The notes under the pieces: model-generated
The model's database searches: none
Seen by the model: the letters and a program-made list of their open reading frames with translations, nothing else
Told to the model about the DNA's origin: nothing
Program-made: the position numbers and the translations under genes
Source of the DNA: the human T2T-CHM13v2.0 reference genome, Homo sapiens
Length of the DNA: 64,000 nt
NCBI RefSeq assembly: GCF_009914755.1
Contig: NC_060930.1
Direction: 5' to 3' (one strand)
In this document: piece after piece, positions 14,421 to 33,399 of the stretch
Numbering within the stretch: the stretch's first letter is position 1
Layout: each line of letters starts with the position of its first letter

Positions 14421-17400
14421 GTGTAGGGTTGAATTTAAACTTCTTTGAAAAGCTTTGCAGATGATTGTTATGTGAAACCAGGTTTGAGAACAGCTACAAT
14501 TTTTGAATAATTTGCAAGTGTAGTTAGGGGGAAAAATCCTTCTTATGGAATGATGTTTCTTGTCACTTGATTTTGTCCATAATGGAAAGTTTTCCTATTT
14601 AGATGTTGCAGTGACTGATTGGTATATTTATATGATAGTACACTCTTTAGGGATTAACTTTATAAGTGGGTAATATTTTACTAGTATTTATTAAATAGGC
14701 AACTGGACTAATTGATGTATATTTTCCTAGAGAAATAGATTCATGAATAAAAAGACAGTAGATACATTTTTAGAATCAAGCAACCTGAGCTGGCAGTCTC
14801 AGGGTTATATTATAATTGTTTCAGCATGAGGAGAATGGTATTTTGGCTTTTGGTCTTCCAAAGAAATTGTTTTGTTTTGTTTGTCAACCATTTTTCTGTA
14901 ATCCCTTATATTTGGGCTTTTTCCTCTTATTTTCTACTAGGTCTGATTCTCATGCCATTGCCTTCTTTGTATGAATTAATATTAATAATATTTTACATAT
15001 TTTATAACCTTATGACATAAAGTCATAAGAAAAGTATGTTTCAAATTTATAAGATTTCCCATATCTGTACTGACCTGAGTAAGTCATTTAATCTCTCAGT
15101 TTATGTCTAATAAACCCAAAATTTTCTTCATGTTAAACATGAATGACTAGGTGTTTTACTTGTCAAAGACTAAGTTCTTATTTTCAAAGATGAAACAAAA
15201 GCTATATATTTTTCTTTCACCTGACGAGATTCCTACACAGAGACTGCAGTCATATAAATAAAATTGTAACTAATTGCTGCTCCTGCTACTTTTTGACCCA
15301 GGAAAGAAAAACGAGGGTGCCTGGCCTAGGGAAGAGTAAGGATTAGTATTTTCTCTTCTCTAGGCAGAGCATGAACAGAAACTTGCAGCCATTGTCCTAA
15401 CAGCAGGCAGGTACCCAAAGAGCATTGGGTCAAATTCTGAGAGGAGAGAGATGTAAATTTTATAAGTGGATGTTGGTAGGTGCCATTCATCTAAATGTGG
15501 GGATAGGAGTATGTGCCTTCCTACCTCAGGCTGCTCCAGAAAATGTACAAGAGCATTAATTACTGTATGGCATCACCTGATAATTATGACTCTTACTGAG
15601 AATGACATTCATCATGACCAATCACTAAATAATCTCTCCAAGTAACCTCACTTAAAATAAATTTCAAGCTTTTAATCTCAACATAGCTTTTAGAACTAAA
15701 TTCAAACAAAAAAAAGGTGAAAATATGTCCTCCTTATTCTAGCTAATGAATTTTTCTTCAGGAAAAATAATTTCAATTTATTGTTTGGTCACATCAGCCT
15801 AGCTGGACTCTCTAAATCAGTATTGCATATCTACAATAGGTTCTCTGGTCTCAGATTTATAAAAGAAATCTTTGCATTCTAAATATATATGGCTATTCCT
15901 GAGAATGAGAATGCCTATTCTTCCCCTCATGACTAGCTTATCATTCAAGAGAAGATGTTTGTGTTTCTAAATATTCAGTACAGTTTATTCAATCTGCAAT
16001 ATAAATTGACGAAGATGAAAACTATACATTTGCAATTTAGGAAATATGTTGAATCAGGTAAAAATAAGAGTTCATGTGTAAGTAAGAAAATGTAAATAAA
16101 ATGTGAATATTTATTTTCTCCATTATTTAGCTCTTAATTCTACTAATATTTAGTAAAAACATTATTTACTTGTATAATCTCCAAATCAGACACCTGAAAA
16201 ATGAATTTGCTTTTTCTTCTTAAACCACTATAGTTTGGAAAAATAGGATATCTTTTGGGCTTATTTTACATTTTACTTCTAAATCTTAACTTAAGCCTGG
16301 AATATTTTATGCATGGAATAAACAATTATGGTCAGAAATATTTCATAATAACTGAGGGCTGGAACAGAGTCATTCCAGGGTGGGACTAGAATGTGCATTT
16401 TATAGTGTATTATGAGGTTGAGAGTTCAGGGACAGGGACATGCATGGATTGGAGCAGATCAAATTATTGGCAATCACTAGAAAATAACGCACAGTAAAGT
16501 CTGAGGGCAGGAAATAGCAGCAGAAATGAATCTGTTCCCAGGAGAACAGGACCAGTGTTATAGGCACAGTTGCAGATATTTTCTGAAGTCTGAATACATT
16601 GAATGAAGTAGTGCTGGAAATGAATGTTGATAGGTCTATCATGATTTGATAGGCACAGGAAATCTTGCAAATTCAAACTTATGAAGATATACATCTACTT
16701 TTGCTGAGAGTTTTATACATGGTGCTTTTATATTTAGCTCTTTATTCTATTTTGAGTTAATTTTTATATATGGTTTGAGGACCTAATTTATTCTTTTGCA
16801 TGTGGATATTTAGTTGCCCAACACCATTTGCTGAAAGACTACTCCTTCTCTGTTGAATGGCAATGGTACCCTTGTCCAAAATCAGTTGATCTTATTGTAT
16901 GGCCTTATTTCTGGACTTTCAATACTATTCCTTTTGTCTATAAGTCAATTCTTCTGCCAATACCACACTCTCTTTATTACTGTGGTTTTGTAGTAGCTTC
17001 TTAAATTGTGACATGTGAGTCTCTCAACTTCATTCTTCTTTTCTAATATTGTTTTAGCTGTTTGGAGCCCCTTGCATTTTCATATGAATTTTAAGATTAA
17101 CTTCTCTATTTACCAAAAATGGCAGTTAGAATTTTGATAAAGATTGCATTGAATCTGTAGCTCAATCTGGGAGATATTGCCTTCTTAACAATATTCAATC
17201 TTTCAATCAATAAACACAAAATGCTTTCCATTTATTTAGATCTTTGAAAATTTATTTGAATAATACTTTATAGTTGTCAGTGTAAAAAGCTTATACTTTT
17301 TTGGTTGATGGTAGAATTATTTTATTAATTTCATTTTCAGATTGTTTATTGCTAGAGTATAGAAATTCAATTGCCTTTTGTCTATTGATTTTGTATCCTG

Positions 17401-18208
17401 CAAATTTGCTGGACTTGTTTATTAGTTCGTGTGTGTGTGTATATATGTGTATTTTTATAGGTTTTTTATATATAATATCATGTCATCTTCATGTAAAAAT
17501 AATTTCACATTTTTTCCAATATGGATGCCTTTAATTTCTTTTTCTTGTAAAATTTCCCAACTAGAACTTTCAGTACAATGTTGAATAGAAGTGGCGAGAA
17601 TGGGCATCCTTGTCTTGTCCTTCAACTTAGGGGGAAAGATTTCAGTTTTTCACTATTAAGTTAGTTGTGGGTATTTTTTAAAAAAATAAATGCTCTTTAA
17701 CGGATTGTGGGAGCTCTCTTCTATTCTTATTTTGTTGTGTGTCCTTGTCATGAAAGGTTGTCAGATTATGTCAAATGTTTTTTCTGTGTCTATTGAGATA
17801 ATCATGTAATTTTTCCCTTTTATTCCATTAACATGGTATACTACATAGACTGATTTTCATATATTGAGCTAACTTTGTCTTCCTGGGATAATTCAAACTA
17901 GGTCATAATGTATCATATTTTTATTTGTTGCTGGATTTGGTTTGCCAGTATTTTGTTGAGAATTTTTGTATCTATATTTCTAAGGGATTTTAATCTGTAG
18001 TGATCTTTTCTTATAATATCTTTCGCCTTGGAATTAGGGTCATACTGTCCTCATAATATTCCTATAAAAGTGCTCCTCATCTATTTATCTAATAGAGTTT
18101 TTGAAGGATTGGTATTAATTTTTATTTAAACATTTGATAAAATTTATCATTGAAGCTATCTGGTCCTGTACTTTTCTTTGTGGGATTTTTCTTGTTGTTA
18201 TTACTAGC

Positions 18209-18781
18209 TATTAAAGAAAAAAAAAATGTACCGGACAAGATGAGCAGACAGACAACAGTTGTTTTTATTCTGATACTAGTGCCAGCATAGAGCAGAGGTC
18301 ACACAACACATCTGGATACCTGGTTCCTTCAAGACAAAGTGCTGGAAATGTTTTAAGTGCTGGAGAAGGTCAGGGAGATTATAGGCCATCAGTGTTTGCG
18401 AATTGGTTTTTCCCAGAGAAAAAGTAAACCTTCTCCTGTCTTTATAACAGAAAGTAGCTTCACAATTTGGAGCAAGGTATCCTACCTACTTCTACCCTCC
18501 CCCAGAAACTGGGAGATAGGAACACTTTTTTATTGGATGATTACATTTCAGAGAGATGGTTCCCAGGTCCTTGAGAAAGATATTCCTGAAATGTAAAACT
18601 GGCAAGAGGTTGGAAAAAAAATTACGTCTTCAAAGAGCAGATAAATAATTTATAATTACAAGTTTTCTGAATAAAATTTCTAAGAAAAGGAACTTCAGGG
18701 GCATATAATGAGAAAGAAGTTTATTTGCAGTTTATTTAAAGTTTAGTGAAGCTGAGGGTAATGTTAAGGCCAACTTGATCA
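18209..18781 (-). mobile_element. ERV1 solo LTR (MER34/MER39-like)
   Basis: Minus strand begins tgatcaagttggccttaacattaccctcagcttcactaaacttt..ttcttagaaatt..aaaacttgtaatt; host L1 resumes immediately after 18781. Confidence 0.65.
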
Positions 18782-18828
18782 TCATTCCAACTCTTTGTTA
18801 CGAGTCTATTCAGATTTTCTGTTTTCTT

Positions 18829-19130
18829 TTTTCTTTTTTCTTTTCTTTTGAGACGGAGTCTCGCTCTATCGCCCCAGGCTGGAGTGCAGTGGCGCGACCT
18901 CTGCTCGCGCAAGCTCTGCCTCCCGGGTTCACGACATTCTCCTGCCTCAGCCTCCCGAGTAGCTGGGACTACAGGCGCCCACCACCATGCCCGGCTAATT
19001 TTTTGTATTTTTAGTAGAGACGGGGTTTCATCATGTTAGTCAGGATGGTCTCGATCTCCTGACCTCATGATCCGCCCGCCTCGGCCTCCCAAAGTGCTGG
19101 GATTATAGGTGTGAGCCACCGCGCCCGTCC
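18829..19130 (-). mobile_element. AluY
   Basis: Perfect 18-bp TSD cagattttctgttttctt at 18811-18828 and 19131-19148; AluY diagnostics. Confidence 0.95.
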
Positions 19131-19182
19131 CAGATTTTCTGTTTTCTTGAGTCAGTTTTGGTAGTTTGTGTCTTTCTATGCA

Positions 19183-19315
19183 TTTTTTTTTTAATTGTAG
19201 TGATGTAGTCTTGCTATGTTGCCCAGGCTGGTCTCAAACTCCTGGCCTCAAGCAATCCTCTCAACTCAGCCTTCCAAAGTGCTGGGATTATAGCCATGAG
19301 CTACCACATCTGGCC
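19183..19315 (-). mobile_element. FLAM_C / free left Alu monomer
   Basis: Single monomer: cttgctatgttgcccaggctggtctcaaactcctggcctcaagcaatcc..tggcc. Confidence 0.85.
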
Positions 19316-20560
19316 CAAAATTAGCCCATTTCATTTAAATTTTGAGATATAATTGTTCATTGTACTTTCTTATAATTATTTTTATATCTCCAATATCCAT
19401 ATTAATTTCCTTTTATTTTTGATTTTACTAATTTGATTGCAAAATGTATAAAGAGCCCCTACAACCCATAATGAAATGAGAAACAACACACAATAAATGA
19501 GCAAGGACTTGAAAAACATGTCATAAAAGGACATATGAATGATCAAACAAGCTTTTTAAGTTTGTGTCCTTAGAGAAATTTAGCCATTTCATTTAAGTTG
19601 TCAGATATAATGGCATAAAGTTGTTTATAATATTTTTTATTATCCTTTTAATATTTGTTGAAACTATAGTGATGTGACTTCTCTCATTCCTGATACTGAT
19701 ACTTTGTTTTTTCTCTTTCATGATTCCCAATTAACCTGGCTAGAGCATATCAATTTTTGTAATTATTTAACAGCAGCTTTTGGTTTTGCTGATTTTCTGT
19801 GTTGTTATATTTCTATTTAGTCAGTTTCAGCTGTGATTTTTATTATTATTTCCTTCTCTTTACTTTTTATTTAATTTGCTCTTCTTTTTCTCTTTTCTAA
19901 AGGAGAAGCTAAAATCAGTACTTGAGATTCATCTTCCTTTCTAATATAGACCTCTCTAAATTCTACTCCAGCTGCATCCCACAAATTTTTATTGCGTTTT
20001 TCATTTTTATTCAGTTCAAATACATTCTGATTTCTCTTCTGATTTCTTCTTTGACCTATGAGTTATTTAGAAAAGTGTTATTTCATTTCTGAGCATTTGG
20101 GGATTATCCAGATATCCTTCTATTATTGATTTCTAATTAAATTTCATTGTGGTCAGAGAACTCACTTTGTAAACTTGACTCTTTTTAAATTCATTGAGAA
20201 TTTACCCAGAATGTCTTTCTTGGTAAACATTCTGTGTGCACTTGAAAATATGTTTAATCTTCTATTAAGTGGAGTGTTCTATAAATGTCAATTAGATGTT
20301 GTTAGTTGATAGTACTTTTCAAGGGTTGTGTATTCTTACTGATTTTCATCTGCTTTTAAAATCAATTATTGAAGTAGGAGTGCTAAAATATCCATGCATA
20401 ACTGCAGTTTCTATTTCTTCTTTTTTCTATCAGTTCTTACTTCATATATATTAAAGCTCTGTTGTTTAATAAATGTTTAGAATTGTAGTCTTTTCATGAT
20501 GAATTTAACCATTTATTATTATAAAATAATCCTCTATTTTTGATAATATTCTTTGGTCTT

Positions 20561-20622
20561 AAATCTACTTAGCCTGATATGTAACCACTGCAAGTCTACT
20601 TAGTCTGACATGTAACCACTGC
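20561..20622. repeat. 31-bp tandem duplication
   Basis: aaatctacttagcctgatatgtaaccactgc / aagtctacttagtctgacatgtaaccactgc (3 mismatches). Confidence 0.9.
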
Positions 20623-21025
20623 AAATGTCTTTTGATTAGTGTTTTTGTTGCCTATCTTTCTCCATCCCTTTACTCTTAGCTTATTTGTTTCTTTACACAG
20701 GAAATTAGTTTCTCATGGACAGCGTGTAGTTGGGTCTTATTTTACCCAGTTTGAGAAGTTCCAAACTTAAATTGATGTAGTTAGATTATTTACATTTAAA
20801 AACAATATTGATATAGTTAGATTTAAATTTATCATCTTATATTTATTCCTGTCTCATCATCCTTGGCTCTTCTTTTCCTTCTTCTCTGCATTCCTTTAGA
20901 TCAATTGCATTTTGTGATTTCTTTTATTTCCTTTCTTGGTTTATTAGCTGTAAGTGTTTTACTGATTGCTTTAAAGGTTTGTAGTACACATCTTTAACTT
21001 ATCACAGTCAATTCCAAGTGTTATT

Positions 21026-21484
21026 TGTTAGGTCTTAAATTTTATTTTATCCTACTTAAAAGCTAATAAATAAAGTATCCTGTTATTGTTTCATAGATGC
21101 TGAAAGGAGGTATGAGACGCTGAGGTCAGAGGTGATGGACTATTAACTTATGGCACAGCAGGCAGCATGAGCATCAACATGTTTGTGTTGGTTCCTTTTA
21201 CCTCCCAGGTCTCACAGGGGCCAGTGGGGTGGACATGAATGCATGCACAGTCAGTGGTTCGCATTATAGGAGAAGAATATTTAACTTGAGGAACACAGTA
21301 TTTTATAGCAAGCAATAAACAAGACAACCCTTCCTCCCAGAGGAAAACTTTACCTCATTCCTCAACATTGCTTGCCGCAGACACCATAATAACCTGGGAA
21401 GAAAGTGATTAGAACTTTGCATTCTTGGCAAAGCCCAAAAATGTGGAAGCATGAAAGATCGATAGAATATCATCTCTACCAATA
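21026..21484 (-). mobile_element. ERVL solo LTR (MER74/MER88-like)
   Basis: Minus strand starts tattggtagagat..gccaagaatgcaaag and ends ..cctaaca; flanks ttatt/atatt form a near 5-bp TSD. Confidence 0.65.
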
Positions 21485-22071
21485 ATATTTTACTGCTTCA
21501 TCTATGATATAATAACCTTATAACAGTATACAGTATACTTCCATTTCTCCCTTTCTTGATAATGTTACTGTTGCTCTCATACATTTTACATACACTTAGA
21601 TTTAAAAATATTATAAACCCCATAAAACTTGTTTGTTTAAATAGTCAATTACCTTTTAAAGAAAATTAAGTAATAGTAAAATATTTTTATTTACTCATGT
21701 AGTTAGCATTTATGGTGCTCTTTATTCCTTCATGAGGATCCAAGTTTCCTCTGTTATCATTTTCCTTCTGCTTGAAGAACTTTTATTTAGAAACATATTT
21801 TATAGTGCAGGTCTGCTGGTGATGAATTATTTCAGCTTTTGTATGTATGTAACATACATTTGAAAGATATTTTTGCTGGGTAAAAAACTCTAGTTTGACA
21901 GTTTTTTCTTTAGCTGCTTTAAAGATGTTCTATTTTATTGTAGCCTTTATGATTTCTGATAAAAAACTAATGATATATCTTAATATTTGTTTCTCTGTAC
22001 CTAATTGATTTCCTTTCTGCCAGATTTTATGATTAGTTTGATCAAATTTGGAAAAATTTCAATCATTATTT

Positions 22072-28560
<6,489 letters not shown>

Positions 28561-29838
28561 TCAGCCATTATTTCTTAAAATACTCTTTCTGGCCTCACCC
28601 TCTTGGACATTCAACTACAGGTACATTGGACTGTTTTAGGTTGTTCCACCGCGTAAGTCTTGTCAATTTGGGAGGGTGGGGGTTCTGTATATTTTATTTT
28701 GGATAGTTGCTATTTGTATGTCTCTGTATTTGGTTTTAAAAGTTTTATTTTAAAGACAGGGTCTCGCTCTGTTGCCCAGGCTGGTCTCAAACTCCTGGCT
28801 TCAAGCGTTTCTCTTGCCTCAGCCTCCCAAAGCACTGGGATTATAGGTATGAGCCACTGTGCCCTGCCTCTATTGCTGTTTTAGAATTAATTAATCTTCT
28901 GTCTTACAGCATGCAATCTGCCTTTAATCTGACCAAGTGTATTTTTAATCTTGAACATTGTATGATTTATCTTTAGGAATTTGGCTTGGGTCTTTTTACA
29001 TTATCCATGCATATTCAACCTTTGCCCTAGCTTCTTGAACATGTGAATTCAGTTACAAATAACTTTTAATGTCCTTATCTACTAGTTTTATAATCTGTGT
29101 CATTTCTCTGTCAGTTTTTATTTTTCTTCTCATTATTGGCTATATTTTTCAGCTGCTTTGCATCCCTGATAATTTTTATCTGGGTGGCAGACTTTGAGAT
29201 TTGTTCTGGGAAGCAGATAAATTACTTTGGAATAGCTTAATCCTCTTAGGTTATGCTCTTAAGATATGTTAGGCAGGACCAGAGCAGCAGTAGTTAGTCT
29301 ATGATTAATTTAACCCTGCTACTGGGGCAAGACCTTTCTTTAATTGATGCCCTGTGAATTATAAGATTTTCCACTTTAGCACCTGGGAAGAGTCCATTAT
29401 TCTCTGCTCTGCATGAGTCTAAAGCACTATTCTTTGTAATCTGTTTATGTGGTTTTCCACCTTGATTTGGATAGTTTGCTTACTTTCACGCATGCACTGA
29501 TCATAAACTAAATTTTCAAGGGGGAACCTCTGCAGGTCTCTGGGGTTTCCGTATAGGTCTCTCCTCTATCTTACTCCTCACTTCAAACTCTAGACACCTT
29601 GGTATCCAAGGACTCCAAGCTCTATCTTCCTGACTCAGGGAGACTGCTGTGCTATGACTGAGTTTTCCCTCTCTGCAGTGTGACCTGGAAACTTTGTCTT
29701 GGCAGTCAACTAGGCCAATCATAGAGCTCAGGACAATGTCTTGCCTGTTATTGTTCAATAACTCTGTCCTGTTTTGTTGTTGTTGTTGTTTTCAGAAATA
29801 GGGTAAATCTGGTCTCTGTTTCTCTCAGAGCTGAAGTT
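28561..29838 (-). mobile_element. Old L1M (L1M4-type) ORF1 and 5' end
   Basis: Resumes ..tcagccattatttct; ends gggtaaatctggtctctgtt..gctgaagtt, resembling old L1M4 5' termini. Confidence 0.65.
28743..28868 (-). mobile_element. FLAM / Alu left monomer
   Basis: agacagggtctcgctctgttgcccaggctggtctcaaactcctggcttcaag..gagccactgtgccctgcc. Confidence 0.85.
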
Positions 29839-29844
29839 GACAAA

Positions 29845-30490
29845 TTTTTAATGACTGATGTAATGTTGTTACTGTAGCTTCATTCATGTTTTCTCTTTCA
29901 TTTTGACTCACGTTTAGTAAGTTATTTTTCTAGAAAACCATTTTGTTTAAAATTTTACTCTTGTTAGTATAAGGTCATTAGTAATATTCTTTTATCATGT
30001 TTAAAATTTCTGCTTTATCTGTAGTTATGATTATTTTATCATTGCAAATATTATTTTTCTTGATAATTCTTGTCATAAATGTGTCTACTCTCTTAGACTT
30101 TTCAAAGATCCATAATTTAAATTAATTGATTCTATCTTATCTTTGCTTTCTATTTAATAATGTTTAATATTACACCTAATAATGTTTAGTATTATGCTTA
30201 TTTCATTCTTTCTACTTTCTACTTTGAATTTAATCTATTGCTATTTTCTAATTTCATAAGTATAACCTTTAACTCATGATTTTTATTCTAACTTTTTTTC
30301 TCTAAGCAGTTAAGGTTGTAGGTAACCCACTAAGTAACACTTAACCAGCATATCATAAGTTTTGTCATATTGTAAGCTTATTAGTATTATTTTCCAAGTA
30401 TTTTCTAATCTTCAGTACAATTTCTTTTTTTTCCTTTTGCTCATCAATTATTTAGGAGTGCTATTATTTTTAAATTTCCAATATCTTTTT
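29845..30490 (-). mobile_element. Very old L1 (L1ME-like) ORF2 fragment
   Basis: Degenerate antisense ORF2 motifs (tctgtagttatg, cttttcaaaga, cagcatatcataagttttg, aaatttccaa). Confidence 0.5.
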
Positions 30491-30499
30491 CATCTGATA

Positions 30500-32600
30500 C
30501 TTGCTATTCACTTGTTTCTCTAAGTTTATTCCTCTGATGAAAGTCTTTTCCCTCTACAGAATTAGATATTGAACTATTATGCTATCATTTGTTTCCAGGT
30601 CATCTCTGTAGTTTCTCCAGTTTAAACAGTTTTTCACAGTTGTTAAGACCTATGTTCATGTACAAACACGTTCTTATCATCCCCTGGGCCTCAGTGCTTG
30701 ATTTCCCCTCTTCACTCCCCAAGCTATTATGATTACTGGTTTCCAACCTCTGGTCATGTGCCATTTCATGCTCTTTCTAGACATTTGAGTATGAGGGGAA
30801 ATTTTTCCTCTATATTCTCCAATGAGCATAGGTTATTTTCTTATATCCCAGTCTAACTCATCTTCTTCCCTATGAAATAGTCCTATGATTTTCTACCAAT
30901 GGATTGGAGGCTGGCTTGCCTTGATCAGCTATTATCATTTTTCCAGAAGTTTTCCAGCTCTCTGGGTTTTCTTTCTTTGAGGTCTTCTCACCTTTACTTT
31001 GGCCTCACAGTGTTGCTTATTCCAGCCTGGTAGAATGAAAAGCAGTAGTGACTCTCCTAACCTTTCCTTTGCATTAGCCAATTATTAAGTGGGATACTGA
31101 ACACTGATTTCAGTGTTGTCTTGACTCCTTTGTCTATCTCCAAAGCAATTAAGATTTATCTTTATAGTGTACTAAAAAAATTATATACTGGATTCTTTGT
31201 CTCCTTTATTCACACATACATTTCTTCATTATATTTAACAGAATTCAGCTACAGCTCTCTATTTAAGAGATTACCTTGCAAATAATGAAGAGCTAGTCCT
31301 TGATTTCTTCACTCCAGCTAGTTGTAGTAATTTTGCTGCAAACAGCTCTTCACTCCTGATTAGAGACCATATGCTGAGAATTAGCTCATGGAATAAAGCC
31401 CTTGACTCTTCCTTTAGTTAAGTACCAATCTATTGGGTTTTCCCCTGGACTCCCTCACCTGTAGAGGAGATATTGACTTGTCTCATGTCCTGTGTTTATG
31501 TTACCCAAGGCTCTTCCTTGGCAAGAGAACTGAGGCAAACTCTGTGTCATAATTCCTTCAGGGATGTATTCTACCCCAAATCCTGCTGAACTCCTTCAGG
31601 GGAATAGTTTAATGACCTATAAATAAAGCAACAGGAAAGGACATTTGAATCTTTGTTGCTGAGACTTACTGTGTGATAAAACAGGGAAACTCGTATTGCC
31701 ACCCACCATTTCCACTTGCCATATAACATTTGATTCCAGTATTCAGGTTAATGAGTAGATTATGGTCATCCATTTGCATTTTCCTTGTCAGTGATACTAT
31801 TTTTAGCCCAGCGACCCAAACTTGTAGTAGGATACATGCTTTCCCTTTCAGTCAGATGGGCTTACAGATGACCTTTATTTATTTTTCTTTGTCTTGATAT
31901 ACTTCAGTCTCTACAGCCACAAAGCCAGCACTTGGGTGAATAAGAAATTGTGTAGCATGGTCAGCAGAGGCAAGACAAGGCTCACACTGGACCATGTATC
32001 AGGCCCTGAAGGTTTGCTCACCGTGTCTACACTGAGCTCTGGGAAAACATGAAAGCCTGGTGGTCAATTGGGCTTGGAATCGAGTTGTCTTTTGATTTTC
32101 TTGGCCTTCCCCAGTTGTATATTTATAAAAGAGAATTAGATCCTTGAGCAGTTTAGTAATTTAGGAACAGTTCTTCAAAAAACTATCATGACCTTTGAAC
32201 CTCCTCTGATGAGTTTCATTTCTCTACAATTGGTACGGCATTGTCAACTGGTGTTTTCTGGTAACTTTCTGGTACTGGTGCTCACTCTGTGCCCATCATA
32301 TTTGAAAAAGAATAGGAAGAAATAGGAGCCAGTAATTCCAAATTGGTCCTCCTCAAACTGTTCAGTAGTTTAAGAAGTGGTTATTCATGTCTTTTCCAAG
32401 CCCTGCAGAAAATAATTATTTCATCTAATTAAACCGACACTCTGGCTAATTGGTGTCCCTAATTGCCTTTTTTGTTAATCAACGAAAAGTGGCAGTTGTC
32501 CCTGAAATATCTTGAACTTTGTTGCAAATTGATAGAATACCACAGAGATAAGACAAAAGTTATTTGCTCTCATAAACCATGGATATTTCCTTAAGTGTTT
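30500..32600 (-). mobile_element. Decayed Ty3/Gypsy LTR-retrotransposon pol (RT-RNase H-integrase), MamGyp-int-like
   Basis: Manual minus-strand translation: KVQDISGTTATFR*LTKKAIRDTN (32520-32449), V*LDEIIIF (YLDD relic, 32431-32420), KYDGHRVS, PCLASADHATQFLIHPSAGFVAVETEVYQDKEK*IKVI (starting at 31980), YPT-KFGSLG*K*..TDK, LLQLAGVKKSRT (31330-31295), then HYLQGN..ILLNIM..IFLVHY. Confidence 0.85.
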
Positions 32601-33399
32601 TTGTAGTGGAAAGGAAGGGAGTGGAAGGTTTTTGAAGATAAAAGGAAAGGGTGGAGGGAGAGAGAGATAATGAGAATGAGGGAGATAGAGGGACTGGATT
32701 TCAAGAAAGTAGGGAAGAGGAAAAAATAGGAAATTCCCGAGATTAGTAAATCTTCACTCCCCTAGAGTGAAGCACAGAGGGAATAATACCTAAGAAACCT
32801 GCATAGCGATTCTGAGTCATCTGGGCCCTAGTCACATGGCCTCAGTGCTTCGACAAATATTTCCATGCTCTCCTGTGACAAATGAGCAGCTAAGCTGCCA
32901 GATCAGAATGGGCCGTGTGCTCTGGGACAGCAGAATTTCAGTGATGCGCCTGCAGCACTGACTGTAGAGAACTCTGGAAAGCCCTGGTGCTACATATGTC
33001 CCTGGAAACTTTGCATATCCCTGGGGATCTGGAGGAAGGAGAGGGAAGAAGATAAAAGAAGAATGGAGATATCAATAAAATAGTAGGCAATATAAAGAAA
33101 AAAAGAAACTTTAGTTTTTGCTTACTTGATATTTTCATCAAGACTAATATCTGCTAAAGAGGGATCAACTTTGTATACTAGAAAAAAATTCACAGAAGCT
33201 TAACACCAGTATCTTTATAAATTAGGTTTACTTGATTATTGGTAAGCAGCAGGTGAATTGCCAATTCCTAATATTTATGTATTTCTCACTGACTGGTAAT
33301 CTAGTTAGCTCTGACTGTCAGTGATGACAGAAATAAGTTCTTGTTTTGTCTATTACATTCACATTTTATTAAGATGTCTCCATCCTAAGTCACAGTTTC

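Larger units (their letters stand above)
16710..19430 (-). mobile_element. Old L1M ORF2 fragment (split by an LTR, AluY and FLAM)
   Basis: Antisense ORF2 motifs such as tttgcatgtggatatttagttgcc, cagtacaatgttgaatagaagtgg and gaagctatctggtcctg. Confidence 0.75.
19555..22071 (-). mobile_element. Old L1M (L1M4-type) ORF2 5' part and ORF1 region; host of the L1MA
   Basis: Antisense EN-region motifs (ttcattgtggtcagagaa, gagtgttctataaatgtcaattag); continues at 28561. Confidence 0.7.
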
